From NCBI RefSeq assembly GCF_001194135.2, contig NC_068997.1, positions 37,552,102 through 37,616,101 of the forward strand: DNA of 64,000 nt, written 5' to 3'. The position numbers and the translations under genes are program-made. The stretch is from Octopus bimaculoides (taxonomy: Eukaryota). Within the stretch, counting starts at the first letter, position 1, and every line of letters starts with the position of its first letter. The notes under the pieces are model-generated. The model did not search any database and was not told the DNA's origin. It was given only the letters and a program-made list of their open reading frames with translations. Shown in pieces: positions 38,237-49,907 of the stretch.

Positions 38237-38999
38237 ATATGTGCACGCACACACACATGTGCATGCACACACACACACACACAGAGTGTCTAATTACAAA
38301 GGCAATAACCATTAAAATATCAAACACTAGTAATTCACACATTCACCAACTGCCCCGCACATGCACTTCCTACCAATCAAATACACACTCTCACTCATAC
38401 ACTTTCCAAATAGTAGAAATCCCCTAATAAAAGTTTGGAGTCCAGCAACTCAAACCTGGAGTAATGAGAGTGTGTTAATTGATTAGGTCACATATGACAA
38501 AGACTGACAAATCAGGTGACAAACTGACTGGTCAAATAATTAACCAAACAGTCAATTAGTTAATTCATTTATTGTTTTACTAGTTGACTGATGATAACAA
38601 AAATGTAAAAGAGCTGGTGCTTGTTTCATAATGGCAAAATGACCTGCCTAAGATCTCTCCAGATATTTTGTAGCTATTTAAACAATGTGTTCAGAGATGG
38701 TTAATGAATTGGATATGGTGCTGAAGAGGTAGTAAGAACTGAAATATGCATATTCACACATTAACTATTTTCCTATCTTTGATCACATTGTTTACATAGA
38801 TGTATTCATATAAAAAAACATTACAAATCAGTGTTGGCTTTCATTTCTACAGAATAAATGTTAAGATACTTTAAAAAGAGATTTATAGTACTTCTACCAT
38901 AGGTTGGGTGCAGTATTGACTTATAATATTTACGCAACCATAATACACTAGTGTATTATGGTTGCATAATGGAATTCACTGCTCCTACCAGCAATTAAT

Positions 39000-39035
<36 letters not shown>

Positions 39036-40514
39036 ATATTGCAACAAAGACTAAAGAGACCAATAATCTGAATAGATTTTAATGTATATGTATAGACACA
39101 TACACAAACATGTGCATGCGTTTGTTTGTATGTATATCTATATATTTATATAGATATATATATCTTCATATACACGAACATGTATAAAAATGCACATACC
39201 GTATATACTCAGTTGCAGGATGTCATGTGAAGTGGTGTTTGCTGTTGTTCACCAATTGTGCTGTCTGTGAAACACGTTTCTCACCGTGTAAAAAGACAAG
39301 CATATGACATATGTGTTTATTGTATTTGGAGATGATGAAAATATAAAGGGCACATGAGAGAGAACATTGAAAATGATGAATGAAATAAACATGAAATGAA
39401 AAAACCGTATAAAAAGCTCGTAAAAAAACTATCAGCATTCTTTGGACTGAACTCTCAGAAATGCCAAAATGAACAACTGGTTTTGTTTGTTAATTTCCAT
39501 AAAAATTTTAAATTTATTTTTCTTTTGTTTAAAAATGAAATAGAGGAGAAAGTGAAAGATGTATGTATGTGTATATGAAATGGACGTGTGTGTTTGTGTG
39601 TGAGGAGTGTGCCACTTAGACATCACTCTCTCTGTGTCTCTCTCTCTCACATACACACACACGCACACATTCATACCAAAAGATGTATGCATATGCATTT
39701 ATATATGTACATATACATGACAACACACCCCTTCACTCACTCTCTCTCTCAGACACACACACACATACATAAATGTATACAAATGTACATACAAAAACAT
39801 GTGTGCTTGTGTGACTGACTATAAATACATTGAGCTGAACATGGTGTGCAAAAAGTAAATAAAGAAAAAAAATTTATGGAAATTAATGAAGTGTGCAAGT
39901 TGAAGTAAAAGAATGCCAAACTATCTTGTAACGAATATTTAAATTAGTGAACCTGAGATATGAATTTAAATACAGATACACAAATCTTATTAAGATGAAA
40001 CAGTATGAGAAGAAATAATGAAGAAATAATTTGGTACATTTAAATCAAGTATTTAAACTAAGATATAGATATAAAGCACGTATGAAAGACGATCACATTT
40101 GTGTATTTGGTACTTACTTTGATGATAGATTAATTCTTTTCCAATGGATTTAGTAACTTTAATTCATATGTGGTAGGAAATATTTTAAAATAGGTTGTAA
40201 TTGCTAAAAGATAATTATACTTTTGTATATATATTTAATGTTTTAAGGTAGCTAACTGTGCATGGAAATTGAATTAGTCACTTAAAACGAAATATGCCTC
40301 TGATCCATGCCTTCAATTTCGTTTTTTCATCTGAAATTTACATTTTCATTTTCTAAAGGAAAGTATTAAAATATACAAATATTTGAAGAAAGATTATTAA
40401 AATATATTTTGTTTGCTTTTGTGTTATTTTCCTTTAAGCATATTTGTTGCATTAAGCAACAAATATTTAGATATAGAAATATACATGCAAACATAAATAT
40501 GTACATATACAAAT

Positions 40515-40546
<32 letters not shown>

Positions 40547-40699
40547 NNNNNNNNNNNNNNNNNNNNNNNNNNNNNNNNNNNNNNNNNNNNNNNNNNNNNN
40601 NNNNNNNNNNNNNNNNNNNNNNNNNCACTCACACACACACACACACACACACATTAGTGTTATTGTTCATCAATAAATGACCTAATGATCTGCAACATG

Positions 40700-43600
40700 A
40701 ACTTCAAGAATGAGCCAGTCACTTGATTACCTATTGATCTGGTGAGCACAAAAGCCAAATCAACTTCATTCTCCCCGGAAAATGAGATAGATAGAAAGTT
40801 GTAAAGGCAAAGTTCTTCCATGTTGAAGAATGTGCAATCCTATGAAGGTTAGTGGTCAGTGACTTAGAACTAGAAGGATTCAAAGACACAAACAAGTCAG
40901 GAGAGGAAGATATAGAAGCTTAAATATATATTGGATAATTGGAGATTCAGAAGAGTTCTAACTGAAACAATTTGCTAGGAGGTAAGTTGAGATGTATAAC
41001 ATAAATTACAACTGGAAGTAGAACAGGACAACTCATGGAGAATGACAGACCAAACCTGTGGTTCCTGCCAAACCAAGGATGATATATAGGTGGTAGAACA
41101 GTGAAGAGACAGGCTTGGAAAAATTGGAAGAATGGGGGTAGCAGGAAATTATACTAGATAGCTGGAAGAGAAGCTAGGCGATAGTGTTATTTAGCAAAGG
41201 AACGAGCAGAAAGGAGATTTATCAAAGTTATACAAGTTATACAGTGTAAAAACCAGAAGCATGAGGTGTTCTGGATTGCAAGACAGTGTACCAGAGAGAA
41301 CTGAGATGTGGGACAGAAGTGTATACAGATAATAGTACATTTGCTCTTAGTGATTCTGAAAAGAAAGAGACATGAAATTGCTTCTATGAAAGGTTATTAA
41401 ATGTGAAGAATGTATTGAAGGAAGGTCTTTCCAACGTGGATCCAGCTGAGAAACCAGTCATTCTTGTTGACAGCAGGGTGATAGATAAAACAATTGAGGT
41501 TAAAATGCAGAAATAACCCCTTTACCATCAGTAATTACAGCCAAATGCTTAGAATATTTGGTGGTGTCGGATACAGTCTAATTACCCATCTTGTCAATCA
41601 GGTTGTGCAGGAAAATGTTTTAACCAATGACTTACATTATAGCTAACTGTTACAAGAATAAATGATATGCCTTAGAGAAAGGTACTTACAATAGCATCAA
41701 ATTGCTGGACCAGGTTATGAAAGATATCGAGAAGTCATACCTCAATTAATTAGAGAAAGAGTTACACGAGGGGAATGTACTACTGATGCCTTTTCCTGGT
41801 AAAGCAACTGCAGGAAAAGTACTTGGCTAAAGTAAGCTGCTGTACTACTCATCTTGGAGCAAACCTTTGATAGAATCCCTTACTGTATAATCTAGTGTTA
41901 TTGAGAATGCTAGGGGATAGATGAATGGCTTGTTTGTGCCATGCTGTCAATAAGATAAATGTCAACAAGTATAGCCATGAACATAATATGCAGGTAGTCT
42001 AAGCTCAGTTCTCTGTCTCCTATTCATCATAATCCTCCAGGCTATAACACAAAGTTTACTTTTAAGCTTTATGGTCGATGCACAGAAGCAATAAACATTA
42101 AGAATGCACAGGAAATAGATTTTCTTGAATAACCAAGAGAATCCCAAGAGGTAGTAGATAGCTTTTGTTACCTTGGTGACCTAATTAGCTTTGGAGGAAG
42201 TTTTAAAAAAATAGTTGCTAGGATAAGAACAGGCTGGAGGAAGTTCAGAGAAATGTTTCCTGGATTTTCTTTCTCAGTGTGAAAATCTCAAGGATTTTCT
42301 TTCTCAGAGTGAAAGGCAGATTGTATGATGCATGTGTATGAAGAGCAATGCTACAAGGTACTGCAACATGGGCTATGAAAACAGAGGATATATGATTGTG
42401 GACTGCATTGATATGGTCCTGCAATGCATATGAATGAGAACAGTTGTATAAAGAAGTGCTGATTGCTAAATATTGATGGAACTTGTGGAAGAGGAAGACC
42501 CAGAGAGACAGACAAAGGAAGAAGTAGTGAGGGCTGATCTAAGGAATTTGGCTCTCATGAAGGAGATAGCAAAAGATCAGGATGTTTGGCAATGTGTCAC
42601 TCTAGAAGACACCCATCTTGCTGAAGCTGAGGTTCTGCAAGCATTGTCTCTATATATTTACAAATGGGCCTCTCACCCAATTTTCTCATTAAATCTTTCC
42701 TCTACATCCTTATTCTCTATTACTGATCTCTCCATCACCTGCCAACTGTAGTGTTTCATTTCCATGATCAAATGAAGGCAGAACTACATATCTTATCATT
42801 TCTTTCTGTAATATCAGTTATCTATCTCACCACCTGGGACCGTTTCAATGGACTTTCATCCTTCATTCTTACTTTGTCCCTCTTTATTCACTTTTTACAT
42901 TGATCACTCCAATCTTATATGCTACTTATCCTCTCTCTCCCTCTCTACTGAATCATTTCCTGTTAATTTACCTTTATCATTACATTTCTCACTCTACCCA
43001 TGCACTATGTCTTTCTCTCTATTCACATACTTGCAACCAACCCATTCATATATCATTTATTTCTCTCTACCCTGCTGCTCTTCACTCTCCTGTACTGCTA
43101 ATCTGCACTTACTCCCCAACTCATATGCATCATTGATTACTCCTCCAACATTCACTACATCCACCCCAATACATTTTTCAATCTCTAGTCATCATTTACT
43201 TTTCCCTATCTTCCCTTCAGCTCATAGAAATTCCCCCACCTTGTCCTTTGTTCATCATTCAGTATATTCACACCCTCCTCCATTTCTCACCATCCTTTTC
43301 TTCCTCACTTTTTCTCTACACTTTTGCTACTTCTGTCCAGCCTCCATCCCTTTTCTCCCCATTGGTACCACCATTTATATTTCTCTTTCCTGTTCCAAAT
43401 CAATCACTGCCACTCACTATTATGTCAGCATGTCAGCCATGTACTTCTTCTGCAGCGAGAAACCTGTTCTGGTGCTTTGCTTCATACTTTAACCTTCCAT
43501 CACCTACTATAAAGCTACCTCCCTTTCCACTGTTATCCCACTTAATTGATGCAGATCATAGTCTTGTGAGCATTAAGGTGGCTTCACTAATACTGGTGTC

Positions 43601-43760
43601 ACAAGAAAAAGCATCAAGTATACTTTGTAAAGTGGTTGGCATTAGGTTGAGCATAGAAACTATACCAGAGTAGACAGTGAAGTATGATACCTTCTTCTGA
43701 TTCACTGGATCCTGTCAAACTGCCCAACCATACCAGCATGGTTTGGACAGTATGATGATA
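40700..43760 (+). mobile_element. RTE-clade LINE remnant (~3 kb): APE end, RT, coding 3' end, long pyrimidine-rich 3' UTR, tail
   Basis: HLITY.SGEHKSQINFIL (APE end, about 40720), KRQAWKNWKNGG (about 41105), KEEVVRADLRNLALMKEIAKDQDVWQCVTLEDT (ORF 42473-42751), C/T-rich 42650-43530, tail 43530-43760. Confidence 0.85.
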
Positions 43761-43764
43761 TGAT

Positions 43765-44012
43765 CACCATTGTCATTTAACATCCACTTTTCCGTGCATG
43801 CATGGGTTAAACAGAATTTGTTCTGGCAGATTTCATATGACCAGATGACATTTCTGTTGCCAATCCTCACCTGTTTTCAACTAGGTATTGTTTCCTTTAG
43901 CCAGTCTTCCACGGAAGACTGGAAATGAAAACATTGTTTTTATGACGATGATGAGGCTCATTTACATCTATCATGTAATGCCATGACAAGGGTACACACC
44001 AACAAACACATA

Positions 44013-44056
<44 letters not shown>

Positions 44057-44063
44057 TCATCTG

Positions 44064-44141
<78 letters not shown>

Positions 44142-44290
44142 TGTGTGTGTGTGTATAGATAGTTACTGTCTACCAAATCCACTCTCTGTGCTTTAGTCAG
44201 CCCAGGCCTTTAGTAGAAAACACTTGTTCAAGGTGCCATGCAATTGAACTGAATCCTAGATTATAAGGCTGGGAAGCAAATTTGACTCAA
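43765..44290 (-). mobile_element. Composite SINE: family A head, (CA)n(TAGA)n, RTE-like tail
   Basis: Head 44290-44165. The tail (AACAGGTGAGGATTGGCAAC...GGAAAAGTGGATGTTAAATGAC on the minus strand) is homologous to 21200-21450. Confidence 0.7.
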
Positions 44291-44429
44291 CTCCACAAGA
44301 CTTAATGTTCCATAGGCATTTAGGAGATGTACAACTCAGATGTTTGAAACCTTACGTACATATATCTGTTGATATATGTATGTATGCATGTGTGTGTATG
44401 TGTGTGTGTTTGTATATATATACAGCATT

Positions 44430-44572
44430 GTCATCATCATAATCATTTAATGTCTGCTTTCAACCTGGCATGGGTTGGATGGTTTGACAAGAGCTAGCAA
44501 GCCCAGAGGGTTATGCCAAGTTATATTGTCTGTTTTGGCATGGTTTCTATGACTGGATGCCTTTCCTAATAT
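44430..44572 (-). mobile_element. RTE tail fragment
   Basis: CATTTAATGTCTGCTTTCAACCTGGCATGGGTTGGATGGTTTGAC...GGATGCCTTTCCTAAT. Confidence 0.7.
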
Positions 44573-46515
44573 ACATATAAATTTAAAATGCATATATTTA
44601 TGTTTAAAATTCTAAAAATATTGTACAGTTTTTGTGTAATTTTATTTTATGTACTCAAGTATTACTGCTCACATAAAAGAAGCATTTGAATTGTCCTGTT
44701 TATTTCTCACTTGTTCTACTGTCTGTGTTCATATCCCATCAAAGTCAACTTTGCCTACCACCTTTCCAGGTTTGCTAAATTAAAGTGCCACTGATTTGAT
44801 TTACTCCAGTGTACATTGTCTCCTAGTGTTTTTCATGCATGTGACGTCCAATGTGATGTTTGAGCAAATATTTTACATGGCCACAGCATTTGTGAGAGGA
44901 GGAGCTACTCCCAGCTATTATTAACTTTGAAACACAGAATGACAGAATAATGCCACTCCAATCCTATAAAGAAATATATTGTGCATTTGTGTGTACAAGT
45001 GCAAATTTTTAATCAATAGAAAGTGAAGAAAAATAATTGCCCATTGCGTAGGTGTATGCACCATCAAGCTATGCTTCCTGGTGTTTGGTGAGTCTCCAAA
45101 CATTTGTCCTGTGCTATAGCACTTATTCCAGAGTGGCATAGAAGAAGTTTTGCTTGTGACTATTGGGCAGTGATGACTCCTTGGTGATACTGAGGCTACA
45201 GTAAATGTTTATTATGTTAATAGGAATTTATGAAATATACTTTTACTTCATTTATCAGTTAAGCTTTACAATAATTACATTACTTAAAATAAGTTTTTAC
45301 GCTAAAAACAAAAACGAATTGAAATATTTTTGTTGTTCTAAAAGATACATGTGTGTGTGTGTGTGTGTGTATCAAACTATAAATCATTTGATAAAGTATA
45401 TTTTTATTAATTTGAAAAATTTTGTTAACAGTTGTTATAGTATTTTTTGACAAGCTGGATCTCATTGACAGTTATGTGCTTTTTCAAACTTTGCTTTATT
45501 TTCAAAGAAGCAAAATATAGGCAATTATTAATTCTTTATTTTAAATTCCCTTCAGAAAAAGCATGGAGAATTATTTTAATGAATCATCTTTCAAATTAAA
45601 ACAAAATCAATACTTACACTTAAAAATTATAACCAAATCAGTCTTCTAATTTTTAAAAATGTTTATTCTCTCTAGAATACATTACCTAGTAGTATACTTG
45701 TCACAAATATCTATCTATATAAGATACAAATTATAAGAAATAAAATTCTGTAAAAAAACGGATGACTATTTAGTTCATTTGGCTATACTTTTTTGGAAAA
45801 AACTATTTTATATCACTATTTTCATCCTCTTCAATACTATTAAAATTTTGAATGAACTAAAATATAAGCAGAAGGAGGGCAAATGACTTTTAAAGCTGAG
45901 AGACTATCAAAAGGTGTTGCTTTTGGCAGCAAAATTGACTTTTTCCTAGATTTGGCCTAGAGCATGGTATAGTAGGTACTCTAACATTGCTTTCATGGCT
46001 CTTTGAGAGAGTTGGCCAAAGACAGGGCTACTTGTATATCAATTAAAATCATCTTAATAAAAGAAGCAGGAAGGTAGTTGAATGCATGTGGCCCTCTCTA
46101 GATGGCTGGCTATCTGTTAAATGGCTATTAACCCTAACCATACCTTAGATTATGCAACCTTTTCATTTCACATCTATTCATTCCAGGTCACTGTGTTTCA
46201 TATATTTATGGTTACACCTTGCAAAACTTAAAATTTTTTTGTGGAAAGTAATTTAAATAAATTCATTGATTTTACATTCATTTACATATATTTGAACCAT
46301 AATGAAATTAAGATAACTGATCAAAGAGTAAATTGACTTCACATCTCACTATTCTACTGTAATGACTATAAAAATTCATTTAGTACTTACATTTAATATT
46401 TTAGATATTATTTGTTAAAATCTTGACTTCAGCTAAATTACTGTTCTTCAGTTTATTTTTATACATTGTTTGTACTTCCCACAAGAAGCTTTTAAGTTTT
46501 GTTTGACTTTCCAAG

Positions 46516-46561
46516 CTTCAGCACGGATGGTATTCCCGTTCCAAGTGCTAAATTGATTTAA
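46516..46561 (+). CDS. Possible third alternative terminal exon of PCBP, (S)FSTDGIPVPSAKLI*
   Basis: U-rich tract TTTTGTTTGACTTTCCAAG|CTTCAG|C with two in-frame AGs (46514-15, 46520-21). Same phase 2 as the other two exons, TAA 46559-46561. Retains CpGs in an AT-rich context. Weak resemblance to the recalled Drosophila Mub short tail (GLPIP). Confidence 0.3.
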
Positions 46562-46859
46562 TTTCTTACTAAATTCTTATGTTGCTTTTGTTTTTGTTCT
46601 ATCCTCCTATCAACATGTTTTTAAATACTTTCTTGATGTGAACACCACTGGCCATTATTTTTCATAGAACATCTTATTTTATTTCAACTTTAATTTACTT
46701 GTGCTTATCTTTTAAACCCCACTTGATCATGTTGCATCATATTCTGTACTGCTGCTGCTGACCAATCATCTGGTGTCTATTGCAGATGTATGTTTCTTAT
46801 GTAGTTACTAACATTTGTGTCCTGTGTAGTTGCACTTCGTTTTGTCTTTGTCTAATACT

Positions 46860-46885
46860 GATCTCCCTCTCCCATTTTTCTACAG
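46860..46885 (+). promoter_or_regulatory. C-rich polypyrimidine tract and 3' splice site of the long terminal exon
   Basis: GATCTCCCTCTCCCATTTTTCTACAG, with CTAAT/CTGAT branch-like motifs just upstream and a TACTAAC at about 46806-46812. Confidence 0.7.
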
Positions 46886-47138
46886 CATGGAAATGCATAA
46901 GAATTTGACCCTTGACCCGGCCTCAACCCCAACAACCACGTCCTTGACCTCTGTTCAGTCCCATCATCCCTTGGCCATCCCGCTGAATCAGTTGGTGAAA
47001 CCAATGCCGTATTTAAATGTCCCAGGTGTATTCGACCTGAATAATGATCGCAAACATTTTACGGCCAAAATGCGGGTTGGGGTGACGGCTAATAGTGCAT
47101 TGAAGAAAGTGGAACGAGCAAAATTTGCACCTTACTAA
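46886..47138 (+). CDS. PCBP3: Terminal coding exon (long, PCBP4/mub-type C-terminus) of a poly(rC)-binding protein (PCBP/hnRNP E) gene
   Basis: Acceptor CTCCCTCTCCCATTTTTCTACAG|C (AG 46884-46885). Phase-2 frame gives (S)MEMHKNLTLDPASTPTTTSLTSVQSHHPLAIPLNQLVKPMPYLNVPGVFDLNNDRKHFTAKMRVGVTANSALKKVERAKFAPY*, TAA 47136-47138. The end resembles the recalled human PCBP4 end (YTAKM...SKKAERQKFSPY) and the long Drosophila Mub end (...ERNKFAPY). Non-repetitive and GC-richer than its flanks. The symbol denotes the single invertebrate PCBP1-4 co-orthologue. Confidence 0.82.
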
Positions 47139-47652
47139 TGTTGAAATACCACATCTACTTCTACTAAGACTTTCTAGTTCACTTGAAATGGAGTCATCCA
47201 AGATTTTCCTATGTGTGAAGACAACTATATTTATTGACAGACATTATAGAAGAAAAATGGAAAAGATTACAGTAATTGAAGAGGATGTTATTTGTCTAAT
47301 ATCCACAAATTTACTAGCTGAGGTCTATATTTTGTAGAAAGATATGTGCAAGATGCCAAAAATTTTTTTCTGTAAATGTGTAAAAAGTGAAATAATGATG
47401 GAATGAAGTGATAATAATAAGATATCATGTTTTGGTTTACCTACAATGGACATTTTAACAATGTAGGCCCATCTCCAACATTCCAATTATGTTGTCAGTC
47501 AGAGTACTTTTCCTTACCAACCTTTATACCAATGCATTTTCAATATTCATTTATTTACTTCCATTATGTTTAATCACCTAATAAATTTGATTATTATGCT
47601 TTTTAGTTTATCATTTTGATTGATATTGTTACCACAGCTATCATTTTTGTTA

Positions 47653-47654
<2 letters not shown>

Positions 47655-47704
<50 letters not shown>

Positions 47705-47799
47705 TATTGTTGCTGTTGTTGTTGTTGTTATTGTTGTTGTTATTATTATCATCATCATCATCATCATCATTATCATCATCATCATCATCATCGCCATTG

Positions 47800-47878
<79 letters not shown>

Positions 47879-47885
47879 CATCATT
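47655..47885. repeat. Compound trinucleotide microsatellite (TTA)n(GTT)n(ATC)n(TTA)n between the two terminal exons
   Basis: Directly visible. It produces the poly-I/N/D/L pseudo-ORFs in the track. Confidence 0.95.
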
Positions 47886-48308
47886 ATTCACTATTTTTAT
47901 TTCTTAGCTTTTGTAACAGTGATATTTCAATAAAAGAAATGAATATTGAAATATATTATATTAGCCTGTAGTTTGCACATTTTAAACTGGTGAATTTGTC
48001 TAGTACTTACTCAGTTGGCATGAGTTTTTAAAAAATAAATTACATTTTTACAGTATATAATCAACATACAAGACTTATTTAAATTAGAGTTATCTCCATT
48101 TTAACAAAATCTATGGATCATTTTAATATCTCATATGTATTTTAAACTGACTGAACAACAAATTTGTGGAGATACCCTGGTATTTATTTTCCTTGTTGAT
48201 GTCCATTTTTCTTTTACTTTTTACTTTTATGTCACTTATGATTCTATTCCAAAGAAATTCTCTCTGCAGTTGCCCTGCAGCCTGAAGCGTGATTTTGTGT
48301 CTTTGTAG

Positions 48309-48345
48309 GATAACAACAGAAGTTTGTGGAATGGGAATTCGCTAG
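48309..48345 (+). CDS. PCBP3: Alternative terminal coding exon (short, PCBP1-3-type C-terminus) of the same PCBP gene
   Basis: Acceptor GATTTTGTGTCTTTGTAG|G (AG 48307-48308). Phase-2 frame gives (R)ITTEVCGMGIR*, TAG 48343-48345. This matches the recalled vertebrate ends PCBP3 RLTSEVTGMGTL* and PCBP2 RLSSETGGMGSS* in length, phase and residues. Too short for the ORF track. Confidence 0.75.
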
Positions 48346-48881
48346 GTAGATGACGTTTGGACCATTTAAATATCGAGATCACGAAAAGCCACTACAGCAA
48401 TCTGATCTACTGTTATTCATAATGTTTATGTCTTATTTCATACATTTTCACGTGCTTGATCATGTGTACATTTAGTTAATCATTGTGTTTACCTACAACT
48501 ATTTTCCACTGTGTTCTGTGTGAGCTACTGCGTTTGAGCACTAACCAAAATTTGTGGTGATGTTGGAATGTTTACCCTATCAAGTAGAAGTTTAGTTGCA
48601 CCTATTTCTTAAAATATCCTGCAGTTAGAGTGGAGAGCTCAACCTTAATGTTGGCCAATATTTCACTCATTTATCTAAATACTTAAGTCTCTGTGTGCTA
48701 GTGTGTGTGTATGTGATTTGCATGTTTGCATACTTATCAACTTACCTTTCTAACCTTTTAGATAATATATCAATTCATATAGTAACTGAGTAGTTATTAA
48801 AACTGATGAACTTATCTGAATACATGATACATGTACATTCATGCAGATGTATCCATGTATATACCTTTAGGTAATGATATA

Positions 48882-48895
48882 AATAAAGTAATAAA
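48882..48895 (+). promoter_or_regulatory. Candidate polyadenylation signals (two AATAAA) downstream of the short terminal exon
   Basis: AATAAA at 48882-48887 and 48890-48895. AATAAA is common by chance in DNA this AT-rich. Confidence 0.25.
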
Positions 48896-49569
48896 TTTTC
48901 AATTAAATTTGCTATTGTAAAAAATAAGTCTCCAATACTTTATATATTATCTTTATTTTCTGAGGTACTACTTTGATAATTTTATATAAAAAATATCTGT
49001 GGTGTTTATTATGAAAAAATCAAATTGCCTAATGAACAGAACTAGAATTTAAAATGTTCCTATATTAATAATCTAAATCCCATTTTTGTTACTAGTTACT
49101 TGGAGAAATCTTATACAATTATAAGTAGCAAATGAGGTGTATTATGATGACAAGTGTTCATAAATATTGATACCTACTTAAATACATAGATATATATTGT
49201 GTACAAACATATATACACCACTCACACACACATTATCTATAAAATTAACCTCTACATATGTGCATTTTCTTATGTGTAAACACAGACCAGAGTTTGCCTT
49301 GCTTGCTATTTTATAGTATCAAATATTTTAGAAAATTTACATCATGTAATAATACATGTTGTAATAGAAGTAGTTTATTATAGTAAAAAATGTTTGCTTC
49401 TAAAACATACATTATTTTTATTGCAAGATTAATATCAGAAATCAAAGCATCTTATCTCATAGTTCATCACATATGTTCTAAATATAAGTATATAGAAATT
49501 AGTTTATCTATATGTTGCTCTATAGTTGTTCGTAAATACTTTATTTACATACACATATTTGCATACATA

Positions 49570-49614
49570 TGAATACATACGTGCACACACACACACAGAG
49601 CAGACGTGTGTATA

Positions 49615-49655
<41 letters not shown>

Positions 49656-49657
49656 AT

Positions 49658-49755
<98 letters not shown>

Positions 49756-49792
49756 ATGTATGTATTTGTGTGTGTGTGTATATATATATGTA
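49570..49792. repeat. Long (TA)n/(TG)n microsatellite
   Basis: Directly visible. Confidence 0.95.
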
Positions 49793-49907
49793 TAGTCAGT
49801 CAATTCAAGGATATCTTATCCTCATTAGAGATTAATAAATCCAAAATTTCACTGGTTTAACCTCCATCACATTAGAAGACACTTTCTACATTGTGCTATG
49901 GATTATG

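Noticed and set aside
42848-43673. 214-aa and 141-aa ORFs (also 19766-20228)
   Set aside because: Stop-poor because the RTE 3' UTR is pyrimidine-rich. The frame is not conserved between copies.
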